From the IMG/VR virus record IMGVR_UViG_3300018476_000001, positions 1 to 49,812 of that record: DNA of 49,812 bases. One strand, given 5' to 3'. Shown here one piece after another: positions 34,340-45,243 of this stretch. Both the position numbers and the translations under genes were made by a program. The DNA is from a virus (taxonomy: Duplodnaviria; Caudoviricetes). Position 1 is the stretch's first letter, and the number at the start of each line of letters is the position of its first letter. A model generated the notes under the pieces. The model had not been told where the DNA came from. It did not search any database and was given only the letters and a program-made list of their open reading frames with translations.

Positions 34340-36504
34340 TGGCGCGCGTCCCCGTCTACCAAGGCGACAACATCGAGCGGACGGGTCTTTCCGGCGCCAG
34401 GCTTCGCCCCGCCGACTTCTCAGCCAATCCTCTCGCCGAGGGCTTGAAACAGGCCGGCAGGGGTCTCGCCGACGTCGCCGACAAAATGGACCAGATCGAG
34501 GACGTCAAGGCCCGGATCGAAGCGAACGACCTCGACCTTGAACATCTGGAAGCCGAACGGCTGATCCGCCAGCGGGTGCGCCAGACGCTGGGGCAGGGAG
34601 CTGAGGCCGCAGCCGACAAGGGCGCGGAGGATCTGGAAAAGTCGTCCAAGGAGATATTGGGCCGTGCCACCCCTCGCGCGCGCCTGTTGCTCGAGCAGTC
34701 GATCCGGCGCCGCAACTCCCAAGCCGCCGACAGCTATCAGGAGCATGGCTTCGGCGAGACGGTGAAGGCTTTCGACACGGGGTCGCGCGCGCGCCTCAAG
34801 CGCCAGAGCGAGGTTTTGGCCGACGAGCCCGACGAGGCCAAGGCCGATCAGATGTTCGCGGAAACCATCCCGGCGATCATCAACGAAAGGGCGGCTTTCT
34901 TCGGTACGCCCAAGGAGGTTGCGGAAGCCGAAGTCGCGGCCGAGCTGTCGAGCTATCGCATCTCGCGGGCCAAGAAGCTCGTCGCGTCCAGCGCCACGGC
35001 CGCGCGCGAATATGTCCTCGCCCATCGCGGCACGATAGACGACGAGGATTATGACCGCTTCCTCAGTGCGTATGAGGACGAGGCGCTGTCCGAATGGGCG
35101 GAGTCGGCTATCAGCGAGGCACCGGCGCCGGCGGTCGCGGACACCCCGCCGGAACGACCCGCCCCGCCTCGCCAGGAAAAGCCGCTCGATTTGACTCGCG
35201 GACACACGGCCCGGTCGGGGATCGGCCGCCGTGCCCCACCCGCGACGGGAGGAGGGCGCAGGGGCTCGTCCAATCACAAGGGCCTCGACCTCGATTATTC
35301 GGCAGGCGCCCCGGTTCCCGCCTCGATGTCCGGAACCGCTCACGTGAAGCGTGATCCGAACGGTTACGGGAATTACGTCGTCATCGACCATGGGGGAGGG
35401 CTGGAAACCCGCTATGCCCACCTCTCCTCTTTCGCCATTCGGGACGGGCAGAAGGTCGGCAAGGGCGACATCGTCGGGGCGGCAGGGAGCACCGGCAACA
35501 GCAGCGGCCCCCATCTCCATTATGAGGCTCGGCAGGACGGCCGGCCGATCGATCCGCGCACCATCGGCGAGCGGACCGTCCATCCTCGGGGGACGGCTCC
35601 CGTCCGGGTCGCCGCGGGAACGAATATCGGCGAGATCATCGACGGCATCAGAGGACGGGAAGACCTCTCCCACAAGCAGAAACAGGCTCTGATCAGCGCC
35701 TATCGGGGACGCTTCAACGAAGCTCAGCAGGCGCGGGCACTGGTCGAGAACGAGGCGCAGCGCGAAGCCGACCGCGTCCTGGTTGGGCTCGGGGACAAGT
35801 TCACCAGCACGTCTCAAATCCCCAATTTCGAGCAGCTCGCACCGAATGACCAGCGAGCTTACGCCTCCATGGCGCGGCAGAACAAGGAAGGTGGCGGGAG
35901 GCTGTCCCCCGAGGCGGCCGCTCTCATCCAATTCACTGAGCTTGCCGACCCTGATCAATTCATCACCCCGGCGTTCCGCGCGAGGCTCGCGTCGATGGGC
36001 GTTCCCGCCGCGGTGATTACGAGCGTCGCTGGACGGGCGGGGCAGATTGCGGGGGCTCGCGCGGCCGCGAAACCGGAGCCGATCAGCGACGGCACGCTCT
36101 GGACCGTAGCGAAGCCTGCCTTCGAGGCTGCGGGGCTCGACTTCGAGAACCTCCAGGCGAAGACGAGAGGGGCCAAGAATGCGGAGCGGGTCGCCGACGC
36201 TCAGCGCAAGCTGCGCGCCATCTCCTATCTTCGCGACGTGGCCGTGAGGTGGGCGAACGCCAATCCGGGCAAGCAGCCCGACGAGGCGACTATGCGCGGA
36301 TGGGTCGGCTCAGCCTTGCGGGGGGTAGGTCCGGCCGGAACCTATGCCTTCGAGGCGGGTGACGCACAGATCGCCGCGAACATGGAGCCGGGGTATCGTG
36401 CGCGCGCCTCGGAAGCGCTTCGAGCGGCCGGTATTCCGGTCAACGCACAGACCCTTGCCAGCTATCACCGCGAAGCCCTGGCGCGCCGCGCAAGGGCGCA
36501 ATAA
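34339..36504 (+). CDS. Ejection protein with M23 peptidase domain
   Basis: HKGLD, GYGNYVVIDH, TRYAHL, GSTGNSSGPHLHYE. Confidence 0.88.
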   Translation: MARVPVYQGDNIERTGLSGARLRPADFSANPLAEGLKQAGRGLADVADKMDQIEDVKARIEANDLDLEHLEAERLIRQRVRQTLGQGAEAAADKGAEDLEKSSKEILGRATPRARLLLEQSIRRRNSQAADSYQEHGFGETVKAFDTGSRARLKRQSEVLADEPDEAKADQMFAETIPAIINERAAFFGTPKEVAEAEVAAELSSYRISRAKKLVASSATAAREYVLAHRGTIDDEDYDRFLSAYEDEALSEWAESAISEAPAPAVADTPPERPAPPRQEKPLDLTRGHTARSGIGRRAPPATGGGRRGSSNHKGLDLDYSAGAPVPASMSGTAHVKRDPNGYGNYVVIDHGGGLETRYAHLSSFAIRDGQKVGKGDIVGAAGSTGNSSGPHLHYEARQDGRPIDPRTIGERTVHPRGTAPVRVAAGTNIGEIIDGIRGREDLSHKQKQALISAYRGRFNEAQQARALVENEAQREADRVLVGLGDKFTSTSQIPNFEQLAPNDQRAYASMARQNKEGGGRLSPEAAALIQFTELADPDQFITPAFRARLASMGVPAAVITSVAGRAGQIAGARAAAKPEPISDGTLWTVAKPAFEAAGLDFENLQAKTRGAKNAERVADAQRKLRAISYLRDVAVRWANANPGKQPDEATMRGWVGSALRGVGPAGTYAFEAGDAQIAANMEPGYRARASEALRAAGIPVNAQTLASYHREALARRARAQ

Positions 36505-39500
36505 TGCCGCCACGCCCGGAAGAGCTGGACATCGCCCGGAGCGTGGCCGCCCAGAGCGCCCACGGATCGATTTACAGCGCCCAGTATGGCGACTCGCAGA
36601 AGGCCGCCAAGGCGAACGAGATGGCCCGCCGGCTCGGCATTCCCGCCGATGTTGTCGAGGCCGATCTGCCCAACATGTCGGCAGAGGATCGGCTGAGGCG
36701 GGCTCGGGAAGCGGCACGGCACAACCCGGTCTATGCCGGGATGATGGCGAACCCGCGTTTCGCTGCCGCGGCGATAGACGACGACAATCTGCGCCCTCTG
36801 GCCCATGCGGTAGCCCAGGTCCGCGAGATGGCGGAGCGGGCGACTCAGGTTCATTCCTGGCCGCGCAGCCGCGACCCCAAGATCAAGGGATGGTCGGCCG
36901 GCCCCGGAGCCGAGAACCTGTCCTATCCCATGCAGATCCTCGCGGCGGCGGACAGGCGTTTCGAGGGCCTCGGGGCCGGGATGGGTCGCTTGCTGGCTGC
37001 CACCACTCCTATTTCTGGAGCTCGGCCCGTCTTTACTCGGATGGCGGCCGAGAGCGAGGAATATGCCCAATGGGCGCCGCAGCGCTCCAGCCTGTCAAGC
37101 TGGCAGGACGTCAAGCGCAAACCCTTGCTCGCGCCCATGTTCGGCGTCGAGCAACTGACCACCTCGTTTCCCGACATGGTCACGCTGATCGCCGCTTTCC
37201 CCGGCTATATCGCGGCGCGTTCTGGCGAAATCGGACAGCAGCGCGCGCGGAACAACGGCAAGACGGATGCGAGTATTGGCGATATCCTGAAGGCTGCTCC
37301 CGCCGCGACTCTCTCCGCCTATCTCGACCGGCTCGGACTCAGGGGGATCGGCGCCGCGATTGCCAACCCGGCGCTTCGGGCAACGGTAACGGCGGCCACG
37401 CGAGAAGCCGGAACGGAGTTCCTCCAGAGCGGCATAGAATATCTCGGCTCGAACCTTGGGACCGATGCGGGCTGGGACGGCCATGAGATGGTCGACCAGA
37501 TGGTGGCAGGCGCCGTGGGGGGATTCTTCGCGGGCGGCATCATCGGCGGCGGTGGTGGGTCGATCAATCACGGGCTGAGCAAGATATATGAAAGCCGGGC
37601 GGCTCAAGACGCCGCCGCGACCGTCGATCACGTCATGGAAGCGGCTTCGAGAGCCGAGACGCGGACCAGCAACCCCGGCGACTTCGAAGAGGTGCTTAAT
37701 CAGCAACTGGAGGGCCGGGCGGGCGAAACCCTTTACATTCCCGGCGAACAGGTGGCCGCCCTGTTTCAGGAAGGCAATATCGCCGAACATGCCTTCTGGG
37801 GGCAACATGCCGCACAGGTGGCCGAGGCCGTTGCTATCGGCGGGGACGTGGTCATTCCGCTTGCGGCAGCAGCGACTCATCTGGCGGGAACTCCCGAATG
37901 GCAGGCCCTGCGCGAGCATGTGCGCGCCACGCCCGGCGGAATGTCGATTGTTGAGGCGAAGCAAAGGCAGACCCCCGAGGAGATCGAGGCGCTGGCGGCT
38001 CAGCTCACGGACGAGATCGAACGGCGCGTGCCAGAGATACAGGCAACCCGCGCGGTCAAGAAGTTCGCGACGGACATGGGCTATGAGGGCGAGCAGGCGG
38101 GGGCGATCACGCAGCTTGTCGCCGCCCGCCTCGCCGTGGCTGCGAAACTGTCGGGTGTGTCGCCGACGGAGATGTGGAAGCGCTGGGGGCTGTTTTCCGA
38201 GAAGACGACTCAGGCGGATTTCGAGGCGCTTGGCAAGACGGGAGCGCTAGCGCAAAGCGCAAATTCCCCGGAGTTTCGTCGCTGGTTTGGCGACTCGCGG
38301 GTTGTCGATGAAACCGGCTCACCGCGAGTGGTCTATCACGGCACTGGCGCGATGTTCGATACCTTTGAAGCGACGGGCGGGACGGTGCTGGAGGGGGTCT
38401 TTTTCTCTTCTGAGCGAGACGGCGCTTTTGATTGGGGGCTTAGGCGTGCTGGCAGCGAGAGCGATGTCAGGGTGGTCCCCGCTTATATCTCACTCAAAAA
38501 CCCTGCGGATCAGGACTCGGTTGACGAGGCCATCGCCGATTATCGGGACGAAAACGGGGAAGAGCCGAGCCCTGCCCAACTTACAGAATACCTACAGGAG
38601 CAAGGCTACGACGGCTTCCTGGATCAAAGCTCGTTCGAAAACGCGTTGGAAATCGTCGCCTTCAATCCCTCACAGATCAAGGCGACCGAGAACCGCGGCA
38701 CCTTCGACCCGAACGATCCCAACATCTACAACCAGCCCACTCGCGGCAACATCAGCCTCCTAAAGGACGAATCCGGCACGATGACCGGCGCCGTCATCCG
38801 CGCCTTCGAAAGCGCCAATTTCTCGACCGCCATTCACGAACTCGGCCACTTCTGGCTTGAAGACTTGAAGGGGCGTGCGGATGCCGACTGGCAGACCATC
38901 CAGCAATGGTTCGCAGAGAATGGCCACGACGCCGGCGAGTCCATTCCCGTCGAAGCGCACGAAATGTGGGCGCGCGGGATGGAGCGCTACATCTTCGAAG
39001 GCAAGGCGCCGTCGAAAAAGCTCAAGCCCCTGTTCGCGAAGATGCGCGACTGGATGATGGACCTCTATCGCAGCGTCACCGCGTTCAACTCCCCCATCTC
39101 TCCCGAGATTCGGGACGTCATGGACCGCATGTTCGCCAGCGATGAAGAGATCGCCATCCAGCGCGAGGAAATGCGCCTCGCCACAGCCAATCTCGAAGGC
39201 CTGATGACCGAAGCCGAGCAGGAAGATTATCTGCGCGTGGCCGATGACGTCCGGAACGACGCGCGGGACAAGCTGATCGAGCGCATCCTCTCGACGCTGC
39301 GCCGGGAGCGGACGGACGAGGCCAACGCGCGCCGCAAGGCGATCCGCACTGAAGTTGAGACTGTGGTGGATGCGGAGCCGGTCTTCCGCGCGCTTCGGAT
39401 GCTCAGGGTCGGCATCGAGCAGGAGGAGGGCGAGGCGACGAAGGTCCGCCTGTCCAGCCAATGGCTGATCGACGCCTATGGCGAGGAAATCCTCCCCCGC

Positions 39501-42500
39501 CTGCCGCAATGGATACAGCCCATTCACGGCGATGCTGACACCATGGAAGCCGACGAGTTGGCGGAGATGGCGGGTTTCGAATCTGGCGACCAGATGGTGG
39601 TGGCCCTTGTGAGCCTCGAAGAGGGGCGCATGGAAAGGAAGGCCGCGGGCGACAAGAGATCGCCCCGGCAATATGCGGTCGATGAGATGACGCAGGCCCG
39701 CGTTCGCGACGAAATCGGCGATCCACTGCAGAACATCGAGGAAGAAGCGCAGGCGGTCCTTGCGTCCGAACGGCAAGCGGATTTGATGTCGCTGGAGCTT
39801 CGCGCCCTCGCCCGCAAGACACGTCAGCGCCCTACCCCGTGGCAGGTGGCGCGGGACTGGGCAGAAACGCGGATCGCCGCGTCGAGGACGAGGGATGCCC
39901 TCACTGGTGCCGCCATCCAGATGTACGTCCGCAACGCCGGAAAAGCCGGCCGGGGTGCCGAGGAAGCACTGATCAAGGGCGACTTCGAAGAGGCCTTCCG
40001 GTTCAAGCAGCAGCAGATGCTCAATCTCGCTTTGCTCTCCGAAGGGAAGAAAGCAAAGGACAGGGTCGAAAAAGCGGTCCGCCGGCTGCAGAGGGTCGCC
40101 GCGAAGAAGACGATGGCGAGCGTCGATCAGGACTATCTCGACCAGGCTCACCAACTCCTCGAAGGCGTGGAGATGCGGACCCGTCCCCTCAGCCAGGTCG
40201 ACCGACGCCGAGCCTTTGAAGTGTGGTACGCAGATCAAGTCGCGCAGGGCCGCGAGCCCATCGTCCCGCCGCAATATCAGCGGACCTTGGGGCAGGTGAA
40301 CTGGCAGCAGTTGACCGTGGCGGAATTGCTCGAGCTCGATGACGTCGTGCAGCAGGTGGTCCAACTCGGCCGCCTGAAACAGCGGCTGCGGGACGGGCAG
40401 GAGGAGCGCGACTTCGCCGAGGTCCGCGCCGAGGCCGTGGCCCAGCTCGCCACGCTGCGGCAGCTTCCGCGCACCGACTTGATGGATGAGGGGCGATCCC
40501 GCTGGCTGACGTTCAAGCGTGGCATCCGCTGGGCAGACGCTGCCCTCATCAAGATCGAGGTGCTGTGCGACTGGATGGACGGTCGCAATTCCAACGGCCT
40601 CTTCAATCGCCTCGTCTTCCGCCCTCTCGCCGACGCACAAGGCCGCAAGACGCGCATGGTCGCCGACTATGCCGGGCGGCTGGACAAGATCATCTCCGAA
40701 ATTCCCGCCAGCCATGCGCGGGTTTGGGAGCGGACCGTCGACACGCCCGAGCTGATCAACCGCGAGACGGGCGAGCCCTTCGACATCACGCATGGCGGCG
40801 TCGTCATGATGGCCCTGAACTGGGGCAATGAGGGCAACCGCCAACGCCTCGCCGACGGCTATGACTGGTCGCCCGACGCGATACAGTCCGTGCTAGACCG
40901 CGTTCTGACGCAGGATGACTGGACCTTCGTTCAGAAGATTTGGGCCGAGATCGACACGCTCGGACCGGAGCTTTTCGAGATGGAGCGCCGCGTCAACGGG
41001 GTCGCTCCTCCCAAGGTCGAGGGAACGGAGGTCGTCACACCGTTCGGAACCTTCAAAGGCGGATATTTCCCCGCGGTCTATGACCTTTCGAAGGATCGCA
41101 ACCCGCCTCCGCCGAGCGAGCGCGACCTGTTCTCAGGGGACTACCAGCGCGCCACGACCCGTGCCGGCTCGACTCACGAGCGGTCCGCAAGGGTAAGCCG
41201 TCCGATCCTCCTCAACATGTCCGTCATCAATCGGCACATCGAGGAGGTCATCCACGACATCACTCATCGCGAGGCGATCATCGCGGTCGACAAGCTGACC
41301 AGCGACCGCGAGGTCCAGAAAGCCGTTTCGGACGCATTCGGCCCGGAATATGCGGCGCTGTTCCGTCCGTGGTTGAAACAGATCGCCAACGAGCCCAGCG
41401 GCGGCGGCGCGGCCAAGTCGAAGATCGACGCCAGGATACAGGCCGCCTTCCGAAGCATCCGGACGCGAGTGACCATCGTCGGGCTGGGCTTCCGCCTCGG
41501 TTCGGCTCTGGCTCAGGTTGCCGGCGCTCCCAATATCGTCGGCGAGATCGGCGCCGCGCGCTTCCTGCAGGGTGTGACGCAGATGCTCGCCCATCCAGTC
41601 TCGAACCCGCTGTCCGGACAGAGCCTCTACCGAACCGTCACGGAAAAATCAGCGGAGATGGCCGGCCGTTTCGCCAACATGGACCGCGACGTGCGCGAGA
41701 ACCTACGCCAACACGCGCGGACCACGGGCCCGATGGCGCCGATCCGGTTCATCCAGCGGCACGCCTATGACCTCATCCTCGCGATGGACATGCTAATTAC
41801 TCTGCCGGGATGGGTCGGCGCCTATGAAAAAGCGCTGGGACAGGGAATGGAAGAGCAGGAGGCGATCTATTACGCGGACAAGGTGATCCGGGTTTCGCAA
41901 GGCGCGGGCGGCTCGAAGGACCAGGCCGCGATCATGACGAGTCACGAGGCCACCCGCTTCTTCACGATGTTCTTCTCCTACTTCTCGGCTCTCTACAATC
42001 GGCAGCGTGACATCGTCCGTCTTTACGGGGAGGCGGTCCGCGAGCGTGACATCGCGAAGGCCGTCGAGGCGGCGCAGCGCTCGTTCTGGATCATGCTCCT
42101 CCCGCCCGTACTCGACGCCGCTATCCGGGGCTTGGAGCCGGAAGACGAGGACGAGGACGGCGAAAAATCCTGGGCGGAAACCGGCCGCTGGCTGATGCGC
42201 AAAATTCTCTTCGGCAATATGGCGTCGATTCCTGGCGTGAGGGACGTTCTTTCGGCGATCGACAGCGGCTACGGCTACAAGGTGTCGCCGGTGCAGGGTA
42301 TCGGTGAGACGTTCATCAAATCTCTCGATGACGCGCAGGATCTGGCCGACGAAGACGCCGAGCCGTCCTCCACGCGGCTCAAGCGCGCCTTCATGCTTCT
42401 CGGCTACGTCGCCAAGCTTCCGACGGGGTATCTGGGACAGGAGGCGCAGCTCGGCCTCGACATCTACGAGGGCGAGCAGGAGGCGCCCGAGACGGCCTCC

Positions 42501-42545
42501 GAGGCCTACAGTGCCGCCACCAGGGGCAAGGTCGAGGTCGAGTAG
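36504..42545 (+). CDS. Large (2013 aa) ejection / polyvalent protein with ART-like and zincin-like domains
   Basis: FRRWFGDS..VD..G.P.VVYHGT...FFS...YISLKNP...GYDG...EIVAF.P.QIK; STAIHELGH. Confidence 0.8.
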   Translation: MPPRPEELDIARSVAAQSAHGSIYSAQYGDSQKAAKANEMARRLGIPADVVEADLPNMSAEDRLRRAREAARHNPVYAGMMANPRFAAAAIDDDNLRPLAHAVAQVREMAERATQVHSWPRSRDPKIKGWSAGPGAENLSYPMQILAAADRRFEGLGAGMGRLLAATTPISGARPVFTRMAAESEEYAQWAPQRSSLSSWQDVKRKPLLAPMFGVEQLTTSFPDMVTLIAAFPGYIAARSGEIGQQRARNNGKTDASIGDILKAAPAATLSAYLDRLGLRGIGAAIANPALRATVTAATREAGTEFLQSGIEYLGSNLGTDAGWDGHEMVDQMVAGAVGGFFAGGIIGGGGGSINHGLSKIYESRAAQDAAATVDHVMEAASRAETRTSNPGDFEEVLNQQLEGRAGETLYIPGEQVAALFQEGNIAEHAFWGQHAAQVAEAVAIGGDVVIPLAAAATHLAGTPEWQALREHVRATPGGMSIVEAKQRQTPEEIEALAAQLTDEIERRVPEIQATRAVKKFATDMGYEGEQAGAITQLVAARLAVAAKLSGVSPTEMWKRWGLFSEKTTQADFEALGKTGALAQSANSPEFRRWFGDSRVVDETGSPRVVYHGTGAMFDTFEATGGTVLEGVFFSSERDGAFDWGLRRAGSESDVRVVPAYISLKNPADQDSVDEAIADYRDENGEEPSPAQLTEYLQEQGYDGFLDQSSFENALEIVAFNPSQIKATENRGTFDPNDPNIYNQPTRGNISLLKDESGTMTGAVIRAFESANFSTAIHELGHFWLEDLKGRADADWQTIQQWFAENGHDAGESIPVEAHEMWARGMERYIFEGKAPSKKLKPLFAKMRDWMMDLYRSVTAFNSPISPEIRDVMDRMFASDEEIAIQREEMRLATANLEGLMTEAEQEDYLRVADDVRNDARDKLIERILSTLRRERTDEANARRKAIRTEVETVVDAEPVFRALRMLRVGIEQEEGEATKVRLSSQWLIDAYGEEILPRLPQWIQPIHGDADTMEADELAEMAGFESGDQMVVALVSLEEGRMERKAAGDKRSPRQYAVDEMTQARVRDEIGDPLQNIEEEAQAVLASERQADLMSLELRALARKTRQRPTPWQVARDWAETRIAASRTRDALTGAAIQMYVRNAGKAGRGAEEALIKGDFEEAFRFKQQQMLNLALLSEGKKAKDRVEKAVRRLQRVAAKKTMASVDQDYLDQAHQLLEGVEMRTRPLSQVDRRRAFEVWYADQVAQGREPIVPPQYQRTLGQVNWQQLTVAELLELDDVVQQVVQLGRLKQRLRDGQEERDFAEVRAEAVAQLATLRQLPRTDLMDEGRSRWLTFKRGIRWADAALIKIEVLCDWMDGRNSNGLFNRLVFRPLADAQGRKTRMVADYAGRLDKIISEIPASHARVWERTVDTPELINRETGEPFDITHGGVVMMALNWGNEGNRQRLADGYDWSPDAIQSVLDRVLTQDDWTFVQKIWAEIDTLGPELFEMERRVNGVAPPKVEGTEVVTPFGTFKGGYFPAVYDLSKDRNPPPPSERDLFSGDYQRATTRAGSTHERSARVSRPILLNMSVINRHIEEVIHDITHREAIIAVDKLTSDREVQKAVSDAFGPEYAALFRPWLKQIANEPSGGGAAKSKIDARIQAAFRSIRTRVTIVGLGFRLGSALAQVAGAPNIVGEIGAARFLQGVTQMLAHPVSNPLSGQSLYRTVTEKSAEMAGRFANMDRDVRENLRQHARTTGPMAPIRFIQRHAYDLILAMDMLITLPGWVGAYEKALGQGMEEQEAIYYADKVIRVSQGAGGSKDQAAIMTSHEATRFFTMFFSYFSALYNRQRDIVRLYGEAVRERDIAKAVEAAQRSFWIMLLPPVLDAAIRGLEPEDEDEDGEKSWAETGRWLMRKILFGNMASIPGVRDVLSAIDSGYGYKVSPVQGIGETFIKSLDDAQDLADEDAEPSSTRLKRAFMLLGYVAKLPTGYLGQEAQLGLDIYEGEQEAPETASEAYSAATRGKVEVE

Positions 42546-42547
42546 CC

Positions 42548-42576
42548 CGATTCAAGCTGTAGAGCGCGAGGAATAG
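42548..42576 (+). promoter_or_regulatory. Late promoter motif CGATTCAA-N16-AATAG
   Basis: 53 nt before ATG 42601; this gene has an RBS. Confidence 0.65.
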
Positions 42577-42600
42577 GTCTTCCCTTCAAGGGAGACCCGG

Positions 42601-45210
42601 ATGACCGTCGCTGCCACCAACGCCTATTCCGGGCCGTATGTCGGCAACGGCTCGACGACCTCCTTCCCCTTCACCTTCAAGGCCATGGCTGCCGGCGAAG
42701 TCGGGGCGGTGGTCGACGGGGTCGAAATATCGTCTTCTCTTTTTGAGGTCGCGGTAGCGAGCCAGGGCGGGACGCTGACGTTCAACGGCGCCCCGATAAG
42801 CGGCGCCGAGATTTACATCGTCTCCAGGCCCGATTTTTCGCAGGACATCAGCTTCACGAACGCCGGCGCCTTCTTGCCGGAAGCGCATGACGAGGCGCTC
42901 GACCGGGCTGCGGTACGTGACATCTCCCTACGGGCCGATGTCGACCGAGCCCTCAAGGTGCCTATCGGGGCCGTCGCGCCAGACTACGACGATTTCGCTA
43001 CCGCCTTCCAAGGCGATCCCGGCGGCAATATCGAGAGTGTCGCGCTCTTCACCACGCTCGCGCTGGGGCTGACTGATATTCCGGCCGGCACGAACCGGGT
43101 CCGCAGCTCAGGCCACACCGAGGACGGCTGGGGCGATGCGAACTACGCCCACAACATCCTCGCCTTCCCGGTTCAGGATGCGGCCTATGTCGCAGCCAAT
43201 CCGACATCCTCGTTCCTCGCGCTCGACGGCCGCGCCTTCGTCCTCGCCGAGGTAACGCGAACCCCGGCCATGTTCGGCTGTATCGGCTTCAAGCGCGGTC
43301 TCGACACCGATCTCACCTGCAATGACGACGGCCCTGCCCTGCAGAAATTCTTCGACTATTCCATGAAGGAAGAAAACCGTCATCTCGCTTTCGACCTGTC
43401 CGGCCGGGAGTGGATGACGGGACAGGAGCTTTTCGCAACCTATCCCGTGGTCGTCGAGGGCAGTCTCGAACGGCACGTCCTGCGCCGCTTCATCAACGGC
43501 AGGATTCGTTGTCTCCCGCTCAGTCGGCAGGCCGGGGGCGTCCCGATGGATTATATCCTGACCATCGGTGGGCATCATCAATTCTGGGGCGGACTGCTTT
43601 CGCTCAGCGGGTTCGACGAAAACGGCTCCTGCCCGGCGTGGGCTTCGATGCGCGCGAAGAACGGCATCCGCCTGTTCTTCGCTACCCAGACCCTGTTCGG
43701 GAAGGTCGTTATCGAGGGCGTCAAGCGAGACGGCGTCTATTATGATCCCTATTTCGAGCTCGACGGGGGCGGGGACACCATTCCCTTCACCTTTCGGGAT
43801 GGCGAACCCAATGAGGTCACCTACAGCTACAGCAACAATATCGGCGTCCGCTTCGATCACCTGTTCGTCCGCACCTACGGCATGGGCAGCATGGCCGCGG
43901 GCAAGATATCGAAAAGCTGGACGCTCAAGGTTCACGGGGGAATGCCCGTCGGCGGTCCGTTCGATCCGGATCACGCTGCCTATGTCAGCTCCAACAATCC
44001 CCTGCAGCGGACGAAGCTGACCTTCGACACGACTGAAGATTTTCGCCAGAATGATTATGGCAAGGTTCGGCTCGAGCTGTTCCCAGCGACCTACGGGACC
44101 ATCGCGGCCGATGCGGTGGCGGGCACCCTCACATGGTCTGCGGGCGATCCGGTCTCGGCCAACCTCGTTGTGGGCGACGTCATTATTCCACAGTCGGGCA
44201 TCAACGAAGGCAAGCGTCTGGAGATCATCAGCTTTACGGGAACGTCGAATCGGGTGATCACAGTTTCCTCAAGCATCCAGACCGAGGAACTGGCTAAGGT
44301 GTTGGAGACAGAGGCCGCCACAGCGGTCACTGGCCTCTTCACCCGCTGGGCGCCCTATCTGGTCACGGACATCCTCAGCGCTACCGAAGTCCTCGTATGG
44401 CCGTGGATGGAGGATCGAGTCGGAGCGACCGGCAAATGGAACTTCTGCGGCGGCTTCGCTGCCAACGTCACCGGTTCCAACACCACGACCGTAAGCTTCG
44501 CCAATCTAACCGGACTGAACGGCGCTGGAACGCTCAACTCGCAGTCACTCTATGGTCCGTTAGTCGGAAGCATGCGCGCCGAGGCGGTCGAGTTCGGGGT
44601 GGTCCAGGGCTTGACTTACTCCTCGTCCAACCTCGCCGTCGTGGTCGAATACGCCCATTGCGAGCTGTGCGAGTGGCATATCCTCCAGACCACCGCCGGG
44701 AACAACGTCGAGGGCTTTGCCAAAGGCGGCTCCAATCTGTTCAAGAGTCGCATTCTAGCGATGAACAACAAGACAGCGGCGGGTAATACGGTGATGCCGT
44801 TCCGCACACTGAATAACTTCACGATCATCATTCGCGGCGAAGTGTTGACAAGCCGGATGGAGCGTCCCTTCTCGGGCGTCGATACGGCGACCTTCACGCT
44901 CAGCAATATCGACAGACAGTGCTACGCCGTTCGACCACAGAACGGGCCAATCACCTGTAATCTTGCGTTCAACTTTGAGACCGCAAGACTCGCGGGCCGT
45001 CATAATTACGCAGCGGTGTTTTGGGTCGGACCGACTGGAGCGGCGCCGACTGGAGACATGACCTTCGGCCTGAGTGCCGATCTGACGCTGCGCGGCTGGG
45101 CAATTCTCGGCGCCAATCCGGTCAGCGCGCCAGCGAAGCCGTGCGAGATACGCGCAACCTATTACGAGGTGACTAAGAAGGTCATTCTCACCCGCTTCGA
45201 CTCGGCATAG
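42601..45210 (+). CDS. Tail fiber/tailspike (T7 gp17-like N-terminal anchor)
   Basis: GNGSTTSFPFTF...HDEALDR; DDGPALQ spike-type motif. Confidence 0.85.
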   Translation: MTVAATNAYSGPYVGNGSTTSFPFTFKAMAAGEVGAVVDGVEISSSLFEVAVASQGGTLTFNGAPISGAEIYIVSRPDFSQDISFTNAGAFLPEAHDEALDRAAVRDISLRADVDRALKVPIGAVAPDYDDFATAFQGDPGGNIESVALFTTLALGLTDIPAGTNRVRSSGHTEDGWGDANYAHNILAFPVQDAAYVAANPTSSFLALDGRAFVLAEVTRTPAMFGCIGFKRGLDTDLTCNDDGPALQKFFDYSMKEENRHLAFDLSGREWMTGQELFATYPVVVEGSLERHVLRRFINGRIRCLPLSRQAGGVPMDYILTIGGHHQFWGGLLSLSGFDENGSCPAWASMRAKNGIRLFFATQTLFGKVVIEGVKRDGVYYDPYFELDGGGDTIPFTFRDGEPNEVTYSYSNNIGVRFDHLFVRTYGMGSMAAGKISKSWTLKVHGGMPVGGPFDPDHAAYVSSNNPLQRTKLTFDTTEDFRQNDYGKVRLELFPATYGTIAADAVAGTLTWSAGDPVSANLVVGDVIIPQSGINEGKRLEIISFTGTSNRVITVSSSIQTEELAKVLETEAATAVTGLFTRWAPYLVTDILSATEVLVWPWMEDRVGATGKWNFCGGFAANVTGSNTTTVSFANLTGLNGAGTLNSQSLYGPLVGSMRAEAVEFGVVQGLTYSSSNLAVVVEYAHCELCEWHILQTTAGNNVEGFAKGGSNLFKSRILAMNNKTAAGNTVMPFRTLNNFTIIIRGEVLTSRMERPFSGVDTATFTLSNIDRQCYAVRPQNGPITCNLAFNFETARLAGRHNYAAVFWVGPTGAAPTGDMTFGLSADLTLRGWAILGANPVSAPAKPCEIRATYYEVTKKVILTRFDSA

Positions 45211-45243
45211 GATCGCAAGGCCAATCTGGCAGGAGAAACGACC

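Noticed and set aside
42601-45210. Diversity-generating retroelement as in BPP-1
   Set aside because: No reverse transcriptase and no TR/VR repeat pair seen.
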